This document shows positions 21,301 to 29,946 of a DNA stretch of 64,000 bases, in pieces. A program made the translations under genes and the position numbers. This DNA comes from a virus: the IMG/VR virus record IMGVR_UViG_3300031857_000047, positions 46,956 through 110,955 of that record. One strand, given 5' to 3'. The notes under the pieces were generated by a model, which had not been told where the DNA came from, did no database searches, and saw only the letters and a program-made list of their open reading frames with translations. The stretch's first letter is position 1. The number at the start of each line of letters is the position of its first letter.

Positions 21301-23726
21301 TTTGCTTCAATGCTTGACACTGCGGTTGCACTACCAACATTACCAGCCTTTTGACTGGTTGTATTTTGTGTAGCTGTATTACCTGAAGTAGGTGTTACTG
21401 CAACGTTAGTAATAATGTCTGAAGTAATAGCCTTTAGTCTCTGTAAAGTAGTTACAGATTTTGCCTTGTCATTGGCTGCGATCAATGAACCAGCTGGACT
21501 AATTCTAGTACTACGTAATTCATCACCTACTATTGCAGTATTTGCTGGAACGTAGATTGGTAGAACTTCGTAAAATTGTCCTGTTTTTACATTAATTGTA
21601 TAGTTTGGTACATCGGCTGCTGGTAAATCTGCAATACTATTTGCAGTTAACGCATCTGTAATTATTTCAGCTAGTCCTGTAATAAGGGCACCTGCTCCAG
21701 TTTCAGAATCATAATTGAAATCTATGATTTGTTTAATTCTGTTGCCTACGCTAATTCCGTTTAGTGCTTGGTAATTTGCAACTGGTGCAAGATTAGCTAA
21801 GATTTTATCTATTAGCGTCACAGTGTAATTAATAGATGCTACTAGTTGCTCTTCTTCGTCAGCAATAAATGGTTCAATAACACCAAGTGCTGTAAAATAA
21901 GATTCTGTAGCAGCGATTGTTTTGGTATTTCCACCGTGTGTTAGATCATAGACAAATGCGTCTACAATTAAACCAATATCACGTTCGCACAATGCCTGGC
22001 TGTCATTAACAAAACCAGCAAAAGGAGCAATACTGTTGGCAATCTGATAAACGACCCATTCGGTAAGTTCTTTTTGTATGAATGTTCTATTTTGATTTAA
22101 CAGATATGCGGCATTTGAAAATTCTGTACCTTTAGCAATCTGCTCACAGGCATATCTTACAGAAGCCCACGGCCGATCAATGGTTGTTCCGTATGCAGGA
22201 TAAGGTGCATCTACACCATGCGCTGCAACATAATAAACCTGTTCAACTTTACCCCAGAATTTCCAAACTGGAACTCCATTTTCTACAGCAAGAACTTGTC
22301 CTTCTTCACCAATAGGCAGTCTTGTAGGACCTGTAGGAGCGTAATAAACTAAATCTCCTGTAGTAGTTAAAACACTATCTTCTAGTCCGCTGGTAATTAA
22401 ATTCCAATATGTTCCAGTATTGTCTTTCTCTGGACTGTTTGTTGTTGGAGTAAGTGTACTGTCGTCATCATCTGATGTGTGTCCAAGAATACAAATATAA
22501 CTACTTGAATTGTATTTTACAATATCGCCTAATAGATAAGAAGTTGAATTTAACCATTCTCCTCTCCATCTTAGGCCACTGTTTAGTCTAGACCAATAGG
22601 TAGTTTCAGTTTCTGGATTTTTGTTAGTTCCTGATAGTGTAGCGGTGTATGTATAACCGCCGTGTCTAATCACTTCACCTGGCAAGTACGCTGTTCCAGA
22701 ACTCCATTCGCCTTCAAATTTAAAGGAAGTTGTAAAGAGATCCCAATTTGAAGTATCAGTTGGTATAACATTAGTGTGTACTGTTTTAGAAATATAAGAA
22801 TAACCACCGTATCTAACAATGTCGCCCGGTTGATAGGTTGTTGCAGAACTCCAAAAACTTTCAAATTCTATACCCTCAACAAACTGTTCAAAATAAACTA
22901 CACTAAAGTTTGTTGAACTTGTGTGATATGTATTACATCTCCAAATGCTATTTCCGTATTTTACTAAATCGTTAACTTTGTAACGGACTGCATTAGCCCA
23001 TTCGCCTTTGTATTCAATACCTTTGTGGAAGTAATCCCATTTTGATTGGTCGGCTTCTAGGCCGTTGGCTGCTATTCCTGCAGAAGTGTGACCTTCATTA
23101 CAAATATATGACTGACCGCCGTATTTTACAACGTCGTTGATTTTATATCGTAGGCTAACTGACCAGTCGCCTTTCCAATCAAAACCTTCACTTAAGATAT
23201 CCCATTTTTCTAAGTCTGCTTCTAGACCTAACGCTGCGGTGGCTGCAGAAGTGTGAGGAGTATTACAAACATAATTGTTTCCGCCGTATTTTGCAATATC
23301 GTTTTTGCGATAACGAACGACAGAACTCCAATCGCTTCTCCATTCAAATCCTTCTGCGTATAATTCCCATTTTGATAGTGCGCTATCGCCTAGATCTAAA
23401 TCAAATTCTAATCCGTTAGTTTCGGTTGACGAAGTATGACCTTGAGTACAAATATAAACAAATCCGCCATATTTAACAAGATCATTTTCTTTGTATAAAG
23501 TTAACTGTTCCCACTCACCTTTCCATGATTGGCCGTCGGCAAATAAATTCCATTTTGTAGGAATTACATCCAGATCAGCATAAAAATCTGCGTTAGCAGT
23601 ATGCCCTGATACGCACAAATAAGTACGTCCACCATAATTGATGACGTCATCTTTATAGTATGTAGTACCGGTTACCCAGTCTGCTTTCCATACAAATCTA
23701 ATTCTACCTAGTTTAAATTCAGCCAT
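15396..23726 (-). CDS. Giant multidomain fibre/structural protein (2776 aa)
   Basis: N-terminal CBM5/12-like repeats (W...Y..xDxVxYGG..Y.C...HTS), helical C-x-R-D repeats, a beta-helix-like region (YVQNVTTFG, SNDFTQVLSDGIG), Asp-box propeller repeats (YSTNGTTW), and C-terminal RLTGHDFLDIG...STDQDGNFRVG. Confidence 0.85.
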   Translation of the reverse strand: MAEFKLGRIRFVWKADWVTGTTYYKDDVINYGGRTYLCVSGHTANADFYADLDVIPTKWNLFADGQSWKGEWEQLTLYKENDLVKYGGFVYICTQGHTSSTETNGLEFDLDLGDSALSKWELYAEGFEWRSDWSSVVRYRKNDIAKYGGNNYVCNTPHTSAATAALGLEADLEKWDILSEGFDWKGDWSVSLRYKINDVVKYGGQSYICNEGHTSAGIAANGLEADQSKWDYFHKGIEYKGEWANAVRYKVNDLVKYGNSIWRCNTYHTSSTNFSVVYFEQFVEGIEFESFWSSATTYQPGDIVRYGGYSYISKTVHTNVIPTDTSNWDLFTTSFKFEGEWSSGTAYLPGEVIRHGGYTYTATLSGTNKNPETETTYWSRLNSGLRWRGEWLNSTSYLLGDIVKYNSSSYICILGHTSDDDDSTLTPTTNSPEKDNTGTYWNLITSGLEDSVLTTTGDLVYYAPTGPTRLPIGEEGQVLAVENGVPVWKFWGKVEQVYYVAAHGVDAPYPAYGTTIDRPWASVRYACEQIAKGTEFSNAAYLLNQNRTFIQKELTEWVVYQIANSIAPFAGFVNDSQALCERDIGLIVDAFVYDLTHGGNTKTIAATESYFTALGVIEPFIADEEEQLVASINYTVTLIDKILANLAPVANYQALNGISVGNRIKQIIDFNYDSETGAGALITGLAEIITDALTANSIADLPAADVPNYTINVKTGQFYEVLPIYVPANTAIVGDELRSTRISPAGSLIAANDKAKSVTTLQRLKAITSDIITNVAVTPTSGNTATQNTTSQKAGNVGSATAVSSIEANITEIKDIISNGLGSVDAFVLPSPTNWGTSLTNTAYASTGNVTGATSTYDNARAQILANTAFIKAEITAWIAVQVAGNIAPFTTSFTYDAAACARDVGYILDAARYDITYGGNTQTRIAADAYYSYGEATFGSGEKAATLAAFARLKTVVGQVVTEAAVSVSAGNALTQDVSGTAGNTSSKNFAEERVQEIINTITADGVLPTLIAPATSWVSAALLTARTVLNSLRSTVQTDSVTYIKREFPTLNFNETTCSRDVGYIVDALGYDLMFGSNFASIKAGMAYRRGTSSALLVVANQLAATLGIIDFIGHKAKQIAASGATVAAGKLWDYAIDYVNTGTRPVVFGTNIPVTDTDLINGAKILELNKDFLAAEATAYVANTFKTTVSSADGSTDTFTCSSQTWLVAGDTIRFTGTVFGNVALNTTYYVLASGLTATTFKISTSLNGTAVDLSAASGTMVANWYYSAARCENDVRNYVDAISKDLVYTGNFNTVTAARYYRNAYTGSKLEDMFYVRNGCGVRNQTLTGLDGTSDGNTAGAGDADGLTPVNEWGTQRPLAGAYVSLDPGWGPNDDRAWVTNKSTYVQNVTTFGTACVGQKIDGSLHAGGNDSIVSNDFTQVLSDGIGAWITNLGRAELVSVFSYYNHIGYLAENGGKIRATNGNNSYGTFGSVAEGYDVTETPITGAVDNQAQEASVRSIITDGNQLLVMEYLNAGLDYSTASYTISGAGSGAAVSTIDTRNGGLYQVRLTDPGDSTGPGGVGYVTSGNVAQGGNTTQITIAAADSALSTAYVGMHLFITAGTGAGQYGYIQTYNNGSKVATIRKESDGTAGWDHVIPGTPIVASLDLTTVYEITPRVTFSDPGYTKTIRSLSTARNWNDAVYGNGYASYLGLSATGGVGSSSTFDVVRRNGTYTVTINSPGFDFVVGNTLTIAGTAVGGAAPTNNISITVDAIDSTDGSITAVSATGTAIAGAYVAVGSSTNKAGYSIDGTTWSEVTLPAVGDWQSIAYGVYSSVSKYVAIVRDGTIAAHSVDGVNWSTSSIGEGGDWVGIAYGSAKFVAISESDSGTTSRAVSSDGGLTWSVGSVSTGAKAIAFGNGRFVIVEGNFSNSVAWSTDGVTWNVTTMPANADSTESNWFDIAFGNGRFVAIADNATMVAYSFNGATWYSSTLPVSADWRKVVYGSGTFLALADGEIAASSHDGKNWTSRSTTVATISVTDTAEDDSTAWASGTLSSVANWSAVGYGGSKYVAVSGPTLNVAYSTNGGSTWSAGTIPTGTDDARCIAYGGGTWVIPYISSNDVATSSDGITFSFQSNVLTAVRDWSAITYGNGTFVLVGNSSSVAQYSTNGTSWSSSTMPGTDEWTSVAYGNIGGTNYFVVVSGSTTNSTAGASSVDNGATWTARTLPTSTRWSSVTFGNSTFVAVAGNSGTTTTSAAYSTNGTTWSAATLPGAAARWTNVTWNGSVFVATAYNSSRSAISEDGITWTEITMTTTANWNAGASDGAYNTVVVGYGSSAVKTQFYQANTNYLTVASTADLSVNDTVQFSSGVIGGVSSGTRYFIKSIASATRFNISSSVGGSVVTLTTGTGTMAGTIGKLYSAAAYGNPTGNAGFLTFNQGGRRALAVYVGTRARGRAWVNDGLIREIWVHEPGSNYTSAPTMTIVDPNNTGADATYVARIGDGVLAQPNYSNRGANYTASSTTVTGDGYADNYQVGAFIDFKDLTDVPRGGANLQIAGIDDVYYRIVNVRDLTGVGPYSAQIQVSPDVGTLESPDHNAVTTIRRRYSQVRLTGHDFLDIGTGNQTNTNYPGLPTTDPIPANETVDSNGGRVFYTSTDQDGNFRVGGLFNVEQSTGTATLNADAFNLAGLNELSLGELALGGGGATITEFSTDPFFTADSDTVIPTQRAIKAYISSQIGGGGSSLNVNTLTAGVIFIAGQEITTTTNVQININSKVNFKAGVDGYAVALNLFLNA

Positions 23727-23748
23727 TTTAGCTCCAATCCGTTATTAA

Positions 23749-23755
23749 TATTTAT
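23749..23755 (-). promoter_or_regulatory. Late promoter ATAAATA
   Basis: Upstream of the 23726 start. Confidence 0.6.
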
Positions 23756-23771
23756 GCTCGTCAAAAAATAC

Positions 23772-26700
23772 TTATATCATACCCCTTCCTGCAAGGAAGT
23801 AGGTATTAGTTAATAAGTCGCCACTGAAAGGTTGTTTAAAATTAACCTTAACAGGTATGTTAAGTTGTTCGCTTGTTGTTGTTCCAATATCAGTAGGTCC
23901 AACTCTTACCACACCTGCAACTACTGATGTTGTAAATGCATCAGAACCACCACCTGACACTCTTCTTGACAAATAGGCTTTAACTGCCCGTTGTGTAGGA
24001 ACAATGTTATTACTGTCTGCGATGAATAATGGGTCTGTTGAAAATTCTCTAATTACAACTCCTGATCCACCAACGCTTACTCCGCCTAGAGATAGTTCTT
24101 CTAGTCCTTCTAGCACAAAGAAATCAGCACTAATAGTCACTGTACCAGTCGATTGCTCAACTGCAAAAACTTCTCCAACTCGGAAATTACCGTCTTGGTC
24201 AGTGCTCGAATAAAATACTCGGCCGCCGCCTTTTTCTACAACTTCATTTTCTGGTGCAAGAACTGTTCCTACAGGAAATAATGTATTAGGATAATTTGTT
24301 TGTTCAAAGTTTCCTAATCCTACATCTAAGAAATCGTGACCTGTCAAACGAACTTGACTGTACAACTGTCTAATAGTAAGTGATTCGTCGTGCTCCGGAG
24401 ATTCTTCTCTTCCTAGGGTTTTTGCTATTGCAATTTGAGCAGTGTAATCTCCTACTGTTCCTCCAAGAACAACTGCTGACAATACCTTGTAGGTATAATC
24501 ATCGATGCCGTTTATGTTTAAGTTATCGCCAGGACCCGGTATACGAGTTAAACTGTCAACTACAAGAAATTTTCCAGTTTGATATTGATCTTTATATCCG
24601 TCTCCAGCTACAATAGCACCTGTAGTTAATGTTTGATAAGATTCGCCAACATCTACAATCGACGGAGTGCCCAATACTCCATTACCAACTCTAACTCCTA
24701 CAGTAACTTCTGTTGTGTTATTAGGATCTGTTAATGTCATTACTGGTGCTGAAGAATAACCGCTGCCTACTTCCCATAACAATATACTTAAAATACGACC
24801 ACTTCCCAATGTTACTCTAGCCTGAGGAGTAGTTCCCATTGATAACAAATTACCAACAGTAGTTGCTGATAATCCAGACACTGCTACCAGTTTGCCAATA
24901 CCGCCGCCGGCTATATCTCTCCATGACTGGACTCCACTCAAACTTCTATACGCCCAGTTGATACCGTCTGTTGACACTGCTACTTTATCATAACTTTCTG
25001 CTAGAGCAACAAATGTTCCTTGGAAGTATTTGATAGTCTGCCAATTTTGTGTATCGATAGATGCAGGAGTCCATGTTATACCGTCAAAACTATAAAAAGT
25101 GGAGTTAGCTCCGGCGAAGCCACCTTCTATGGCTACAAATCTATTATTACCGTAGGCAATTCCTCTACAGCCACCGATAAATGATCCCAGTGTCCATGTG
25201 GTTCCGTCGGTACTATATGCTGTTTGTGCTGTAGACGAGTCACTTTGTGAAACGGCAACAAATTTGCCTTTACCGTAGGTAATGTCAATCCAGTCGGCGC
25301 CTTCTGGCAATAGTCCTGCGGTCCATGTTATTGCATCTGGTGATGTTGCAATATCTTTGCCGCCGGTGGATGTAGCAACCCATAGACCGTTGCCGTAGAC
25401 TACCGAACTGTATGTTTCTACGGGTGCTGTAGCAACGTTCCAAGCTACACCATCAAAACTATAAGAAATTTGTCCGCTTGATGCCACTGCAACAAATGTA
25501 TTATCTCCGTAGGCAACTTTAACCCATGTTGCAGCAGTTGGTAAATTAGTTGCTGTCCAAGTAGTTCCATTTGACGAATAACCAGCGGCATTTGATCCGG
25601 CTGTAGAAACTCCATTGGCTACCGCAACCCACTTTCCACTACCATAGGTAATACTGATCCAGTCATCTGGTGTGGCTAAACTAATTGCGCTTGCATTATA
25701 ACCTGTAGAACTAAAAGTAACTCTAGGTTCAATACTGTAATAGGTTGTTGTGTCTAATACAGGCTCTATAGTAGTACCTGGTTGGAAATGATTCCAACCT
25801 AGATGATGCATTATCATGCCGCCGGAACTGTTAATTAATAAAAATACTGTGCCGCCTTCTGAATCACTTACCGTTATTTGTGTAGCGTTTACTATGGTTT
25901 TTACATAGTAAATAGTTTCTAATTGTATGTTTCCGCTAACCACTCCTGTAAACAATACAGGATCATTAAGTTTTAGATATTCTGTGGTGCCAATAGTAAT
26001 CCTGTTTCCAGATGAAGTAGTTGATGCTACAGTTTGTTGTGGTTTAAATTCGCTGGCTATAAAAGCATTTTTTGTAGTTTCGTTAAATTCTGCAATATAT
26101 CCGTATTGACCTGTTCCAGTTCCAGAATCTAGTACCAATCGCATAGAACGATAGCTATCTGCTTCTGAATCATCAGAACCTGCAATTGTTACAGAGTATA
26201 AATCTCCTGATTGTGCATTATTTTTAGCATTAGCATATCCGCCGCCGCCCGATCCTGAAGAATCTCCCGGATCTTTAATTCTTACTTCGTAAACTGCTCC
26301 GTCCCTAAACTCTTCTGCTAGCAAGGATCCGTTAATACCTGCACCAGTTAATGTATAGGTTGCTTGGGTATATTCGTTTCCTGCATGACTGAAAAATGCT
26401 CTGGTCAATTCTCCGTTGACTGCAAATACTTGATCTACATTAGCATCGTAATATCGATTATTGACTACAGCAGTAATTGGAACTTCGCTTAGATCAAAAC
26501 CTTCTGCAACTGCTCCGTATTGTCCGTATGAACTGTTTCCGTTTGTACCTCTAATTTTTCCACCGTCGGTACATAGATAACTAACATGATTATAATAGGT
26601 AAAGACCGACACAACTTCTGTTTTACCAGTACCATTACACCATACGCCAATTCCATCTGATAACACCTGTGTAAAATCGTTGGCAACAATAGTTTGATTG

Positions 26701-29219
26701 CCGCCGTCGTGTAGGTCGCCGTCTATTTTGAGGCCAATACAGGCTGTACCAAATGTAGTCACGTTTTGTATATACGGAGATTTTGTTCCTACCCATGCAC
26801 TAGTATCAGCCGGACCATATCCTGGATCTAAACTAGCATACGCACCGGCAGTTGGTCTTCTTGTCAAATAGACATTTAATGCTCCCAGTGTTCCACTAAG
26901 ACCGGTTAATGTACAATTTCTTAATCCCGTGCCGTCCTTCATCAAAAACATATTTGATAATCTATTTTCTGATCCAGTTTTTGAATTGTAAAAATAAGTG
27001 CCAGTAAATTGACTTTCATAATTGCCTGGATATTTTAAATCGTAAGCAACAGCATTGACAATTTTTACAACATCAGGAATAAATCTTGGAGGTTGTGTAT
27101 AACTTGATCTCAAAAACGCAATGTATGCAGACATTTCTGATTCTAAAAATTCAGAATTGTTTAATAATTGAGCCGCTGCTGCAAGTACATTAGCATCTGT
27201 AGATAGAGCATTTGTTCCTGTAATAGGAGAAGCTGTTCCAGTTGCTAGTCTTGATCGTATCTGTGCTAATAATGATCTTGCCGCAGTTACCTGCACAGAG
27301 GTTCCAGGGGTTCCTGTAAAATCTTGAGGAACATGTCCATATAAAATTGAACCGTATGCCGGATTGGCTACTTCGGTAGTACCAATTGGCTGTTCTAAAA
27401 TCAAGTATTCTATAATATAATTTAAATAATCAATAACATCCAACATTGCCGAGGCGTCTGCATTGGTAAACACAGTATCGGATGCCGAAATAATTGTTCC
27501 TCTAAGTTCGTCTCCTACTACCGCTACAAATGATGGAACTCTTAACGGTAGTATTTCTTCGTACATTCCATTCTTTACAAAAACTGTAGCAGGTCCAGTG
27601 ATGTTATCCAGTGCATATCTCACTGTTCTCCAAGGAGAGTTTTGTGATGTTCCAGTAGTTCTGCTATCAACACCATCGGTTGCAACGTAATAGACTTTTG
27701 CCGAAGAATTAAAAGTTTCCCAGCTTGGTGACCCACTCTTAGCTTGTAATGTTTGACCTTGATTACCAACGGTTAAATTTGTAGCGCCTATGGTACTACC
27801 GTCTTCTGTTAGACCATATGTTTTAATATCACCAGTATAGGTTAATATGTTCCTTTCGTCGCTATAGGTGTATTTTTCCCAATATATTCCAGCTTCGTCG
27901 TTGGGACGATTACCTAATGAAGAAACATGTTTTGCAATACATCTATATGTTCCCGATCTCCATAGTATAAGATCTCCAATAACATAAGATCTAAACGCAT
28001 CCCACTGGCCTTGCCATTTAGATCCGGGGATCATCAATTCCCAATCTTCTGTATTGATCGTGGAACCGTCATCAATAAAATCAGTATCTGTTAAAGTTAC
28101 ATCTCTTTTTGCAATGTATAATTGGCCTTGTCTTCTTATTACATCACCAATTTGATAAGATGTAGAGGCTGTCCAGTCACCTCTAATGTTTGAATTGACA
28201 AACAATAAATTCCAAAAATTATTGGTCTCGGTAGTTGGCTCTTCGCCGAGGTGTGTTAGTTTTGCAATGAACAAATATCCACCGTATCTAACAATATCAC
28301 CTGGTTGATAAATGGCTCCCGATGCCCACTCTTGATCGTATTCAAAACCCGGGCAAAATATTGTCCAATAAGCCGAATCAAAAAATTGTCCGCTGTTGGT
28401 AGTATGCTTTACTGTACACTTGTACAAATAACTGCCATACTTAACTACATCATTTACTTTGTACTGTACTGCTTGAGACCAGGCTCCGGCATATTCAATT
28501 CCGTCGTAGAGTATTGCCCACTTGCCTTGATCGTTTTCTAAGCCCAGTGCTTCGTTAACCGCTGAAAGATGTTGAGAAATACATCTATAGACTGTGCCGC
28601 CGTATTTTACTATGTCGTCTACATAGTAAATTGTGTCAATTTGCCAATCACCTTTCCAAATATTATTTAGATAGATCAATTGCCATTTTAATGAATCGCC
28701 TTCTAGTCCAATAAGTGGATCATCACTTGATACATGTGCCGCTATACATTTGTAGATTCTTCCGCTGTTAACAACAACATCGCCAAGATTATAAAGTGTG
28801 GACACTGTCCAATTTGTCTTCCATGACTCTGAACTAGAATAAATGATCCAATAGTTATTTGTTGAATAGTCTAAAACAAAGTCGCTTTCAAGTTCTGCTG
28901 AAATATGTTCTTCGACACAAAAATATGTTACTGCACCTTTCTTTACAACAGCACCTCTAGTATAATATGTATTTTCAGTCCAACGGCCTTGCCAGCTGGC
29001 GCTTTCTACCATTACTACCCATCTTGGGGCAGGACTAGGAGGAATATCACTGTTTAAAAAGTTTAAGTCGTCGTAAAAATTGTCATCAGCAGTATGCTGA
29101 GTGATACAAACATATATTCTTGCACCGAATCGTACGATATCGTCATTTAGGTAATTAGATCCAGCGGACCACTGCCCTTTCCAAGTATATTTTAATCTAC
29201 TGATTTTAAAATCTGACAT
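23772..29219 (-). CDS. Giant fibre/structural protein (1815 aa), paralogue of 15396..23726
   Basis: Same domain order and shared motifs (FKISRLKYTWKG, QNVTTFGTAC, RLTGHDFLDVG, STDQDGNFRVG). Confidence 0.85.
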   Translation of the reverse strand: MSDFKISRLKYTWKGQWSAGSNYLNDDIVRFGARIYVCITQHTADDNFYDDLNFLNSDIPPSPAPRWVVMVESASWQGRWTENTYYTRGAVVKKGAVTYFCVEEHISAELESDFVLDYSTNNYWIIYSSSESWKTNWTVSTLYNLGDVVVNSGRIYKCIAAHVSSDDPLIGLEGDSLKWQLIYLNNIWKGDWQIDTIYYVDDIVKYGGTVYRCISQHLSAVNEALGLENDQGKWAILYDGIEYAGAWSQAVQYKVNDVVKYGSYLYKCTVKHTTNSGQFFDSAYWTIFCPGFEYDQEWASGAIYQPGDIVRYGGYLFIAKLTHLGEEPTTETNNFWNLLFVNSNIRGDWTASTSYQIGDVIRRQGQLYIAKRDVTLTDTDFIDDGSTINTEDWELMIPGSKWQGQWDAFRSYVIGDLILWRSGTYRCIAKHVSSLGNRPNDEAGIYWEKYTYSDERNILTYTGDIKTYGLTEDGSTIGATNLTVGNQGQTLQAKSGSPSWETFNSSAKVYYVATDGVDSRTTGTSQNSPWRTVRYALDNITGPATVFVKNGMYEEILPLRVPSFVAVVGDELRGTIISASDTVFTNADASAMLDVIDYLNYIIEYLILEQPIGTTEVANPAYGSILYGHVPQDFTGTPGTSVQVTAARSLLAQIRSRLATGTASPITGTNALSTDANVLAAAAQLLNNSEFLESEMSAYIAFLRSSYTQPPRFIPDVVKIVNAVAYDLKYPGNYESQFTGTYFYNSKTGSENRLSNMFLMKDGTGLRNCTLTGLSGTLGALNVYLTRRPTAGAYASLDPGYGPADTSAWVGTKSPYIQNVTTFGTACIGLKIDGDLHDGGNQTIVANDFTQVLSDGIGVWCNGTGKTEVVSVFTYYNHVSYLCTDGGKIRGTNGNSSYGQYGAVAEGFDLSEVPITAVVNNRYYDANVDQVFAVNGELTRAFFSHAGNEYTQATYTLTGAGINGSLLAEEFRDGAVYEVRIKDPGDSSGSGGGGYANAKNNAQSGDLYSVTIAGSDDSEADSYRSMRLVLDSGTGTGQYGYIAEFNETTKNAFIASEFKPQQTVASTTSSGNRITIGTTEYLKLNDPVLFTGVVSGNIQLETIYYVKTIVNATQITVSDSEGGTVFLLINSSGGMIMHHLGWNHFQPGTTIEPVLDTTTYYSIEPRVTFSSTGYNASAISLATPDDWISITYGSGKWVAVANGVSTAGSNAAGYSSNGTTWTATNLPTAATWVKVAYGDNTFVAVASSGQISYSFDGVAWNVATAPVETYSSVVYGNGLWVATSTGGKDIATSPDAITWTAGLLPEGADWIDITYGKGKFVAVSQSDSSTAQTAYSTDGTTWTLGSFIGGCRGIAYGNNRFVAIEGGFAGANSTFYSFDGITWTPASIDTQNWQTIKYFQGTFVALAESYDKVAVSTDGINWAYRSLSGVQSWRDIAGGGIGKLVAVSGLSATTVGNLLSMGTTPQARVTLGSGRILSILLWEVGSGYSSAPVMTLTDPNNTTEVTVGVRVGNGVLGTPSIVDVGESYQTLTTGAIVAGDGYKDQYQTGKFLVVDSLTRIPGPGDNLNINGIDDYTYKVLSAVVLGGTVGDYTAQIAIAKTLGREESPEHDESLTIRQLYSQVRLTGHDFLDVGLGNFEQTNYPNTLFPVGTVLAPENEVVEKGGGRVFYSSTDQDGNFRVGEVFAVEQSTGTVTISADFFVLEGLEELSLGGVSVGGSGVVIREFSTDPLFIADSNNIVPTQRAVKAYLSRRVSGGGSDAFTTSVVAGVVRVGPTDIGTTTSEQLNIPVKVNFKQPFSGDLLTNTYFLAGRGMI

Positions 29220-29227
29220 GATTTATT

Positions 29228-29599
29228 TTAGCCCTCTGAGTCAAAATTGTCGTATTCGTGACCGTTATTAATTCTTGCTACTAATTGACCGTCATTATCT
29301 ACATAATAAAAAATAGCTCTATCGTCCCATCTGTATTGTTGATACTTTAAATTATCAAATACAAGATTATGATTAATATCTATTCCTTCGTAAAAATCCA
29401 CACCGTTTTCGAAGTCGGAAAAGTTCTCGGCTGGGTCTCCGGGATTATTAATTGAAATACTGTCATTGCTCTTTGCCTGATCGCTGCGTTCTAAAAACAC
29501 ACTACCATTTTCATTTTTTCTTAGTCCATAGAAAAATCTTGGAGTAGAACCTAGTCTACTTTCTGGATCTTGTCCTAGATAATAATTGCTATTTGCCAT
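29228..29599 (-). CDS. Hypothetical virion protein
   Basis: 123-aa ORF within the structural operon. Confidence 0.6.
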   Translation of the reverse strand: MANSNYYLGQDPESRLGSTPRFFYGLRKNENGSVFLERSDQAKSNDSISINNPGDPAENFSDFENGVDFYEGIDINHNLVFDNLKYQQYRWDDRAIFYYVDNDGQLVARINNGHEYDNFDSEG

Positions 29600-29609
29600 G
29601 ATTTATTCC

Positions 29610-29942
29610 TTATGAAAGTTCAACATAACTAACAACAGTGTCAACACTATTAGCAGTATCGCTGACAATTCTCAATCCTGATGTTTCTGGTAAAATTAAT
29701 TTTTCACCGTTGGTAATAATTTTTACCGCTGAGTTAGGCGGTATTGTTAATCCCCTAACATAATATGCAGGTGTACTATCATCGCTGACTACAAATACGT
29801 CAACGTTGACTGTTTCGTATTCTGTAGAGTTTGCAATGTTGCAACCAATAACTGTTGCTCTAAAACCTACAGGAATTTGTACAACATCTATTGGCGTAGT
29901 TCCTATTCCTGCGTTAACTGCGTGTTTGAATGTGGTTGGCAT
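29610..29942 (-). CDS. Small beta-sandwich virion protein
   Basis: TVIGCNIAN...IPPNSAVKIITNGEKLIL. Confidence 0.6.
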   Translation of the reverse strand: MPTTFKHAVNAGIGTTPIDVVQIPVGFRATVIGCNIANSTEYETVNVDVFVVSDDSTPAYYVRGLTIPPNSAVKIITNGEKLILPETSGLRIVSDTANSVDTVVSYVELS

Positions 29943-29946
29943 TATA

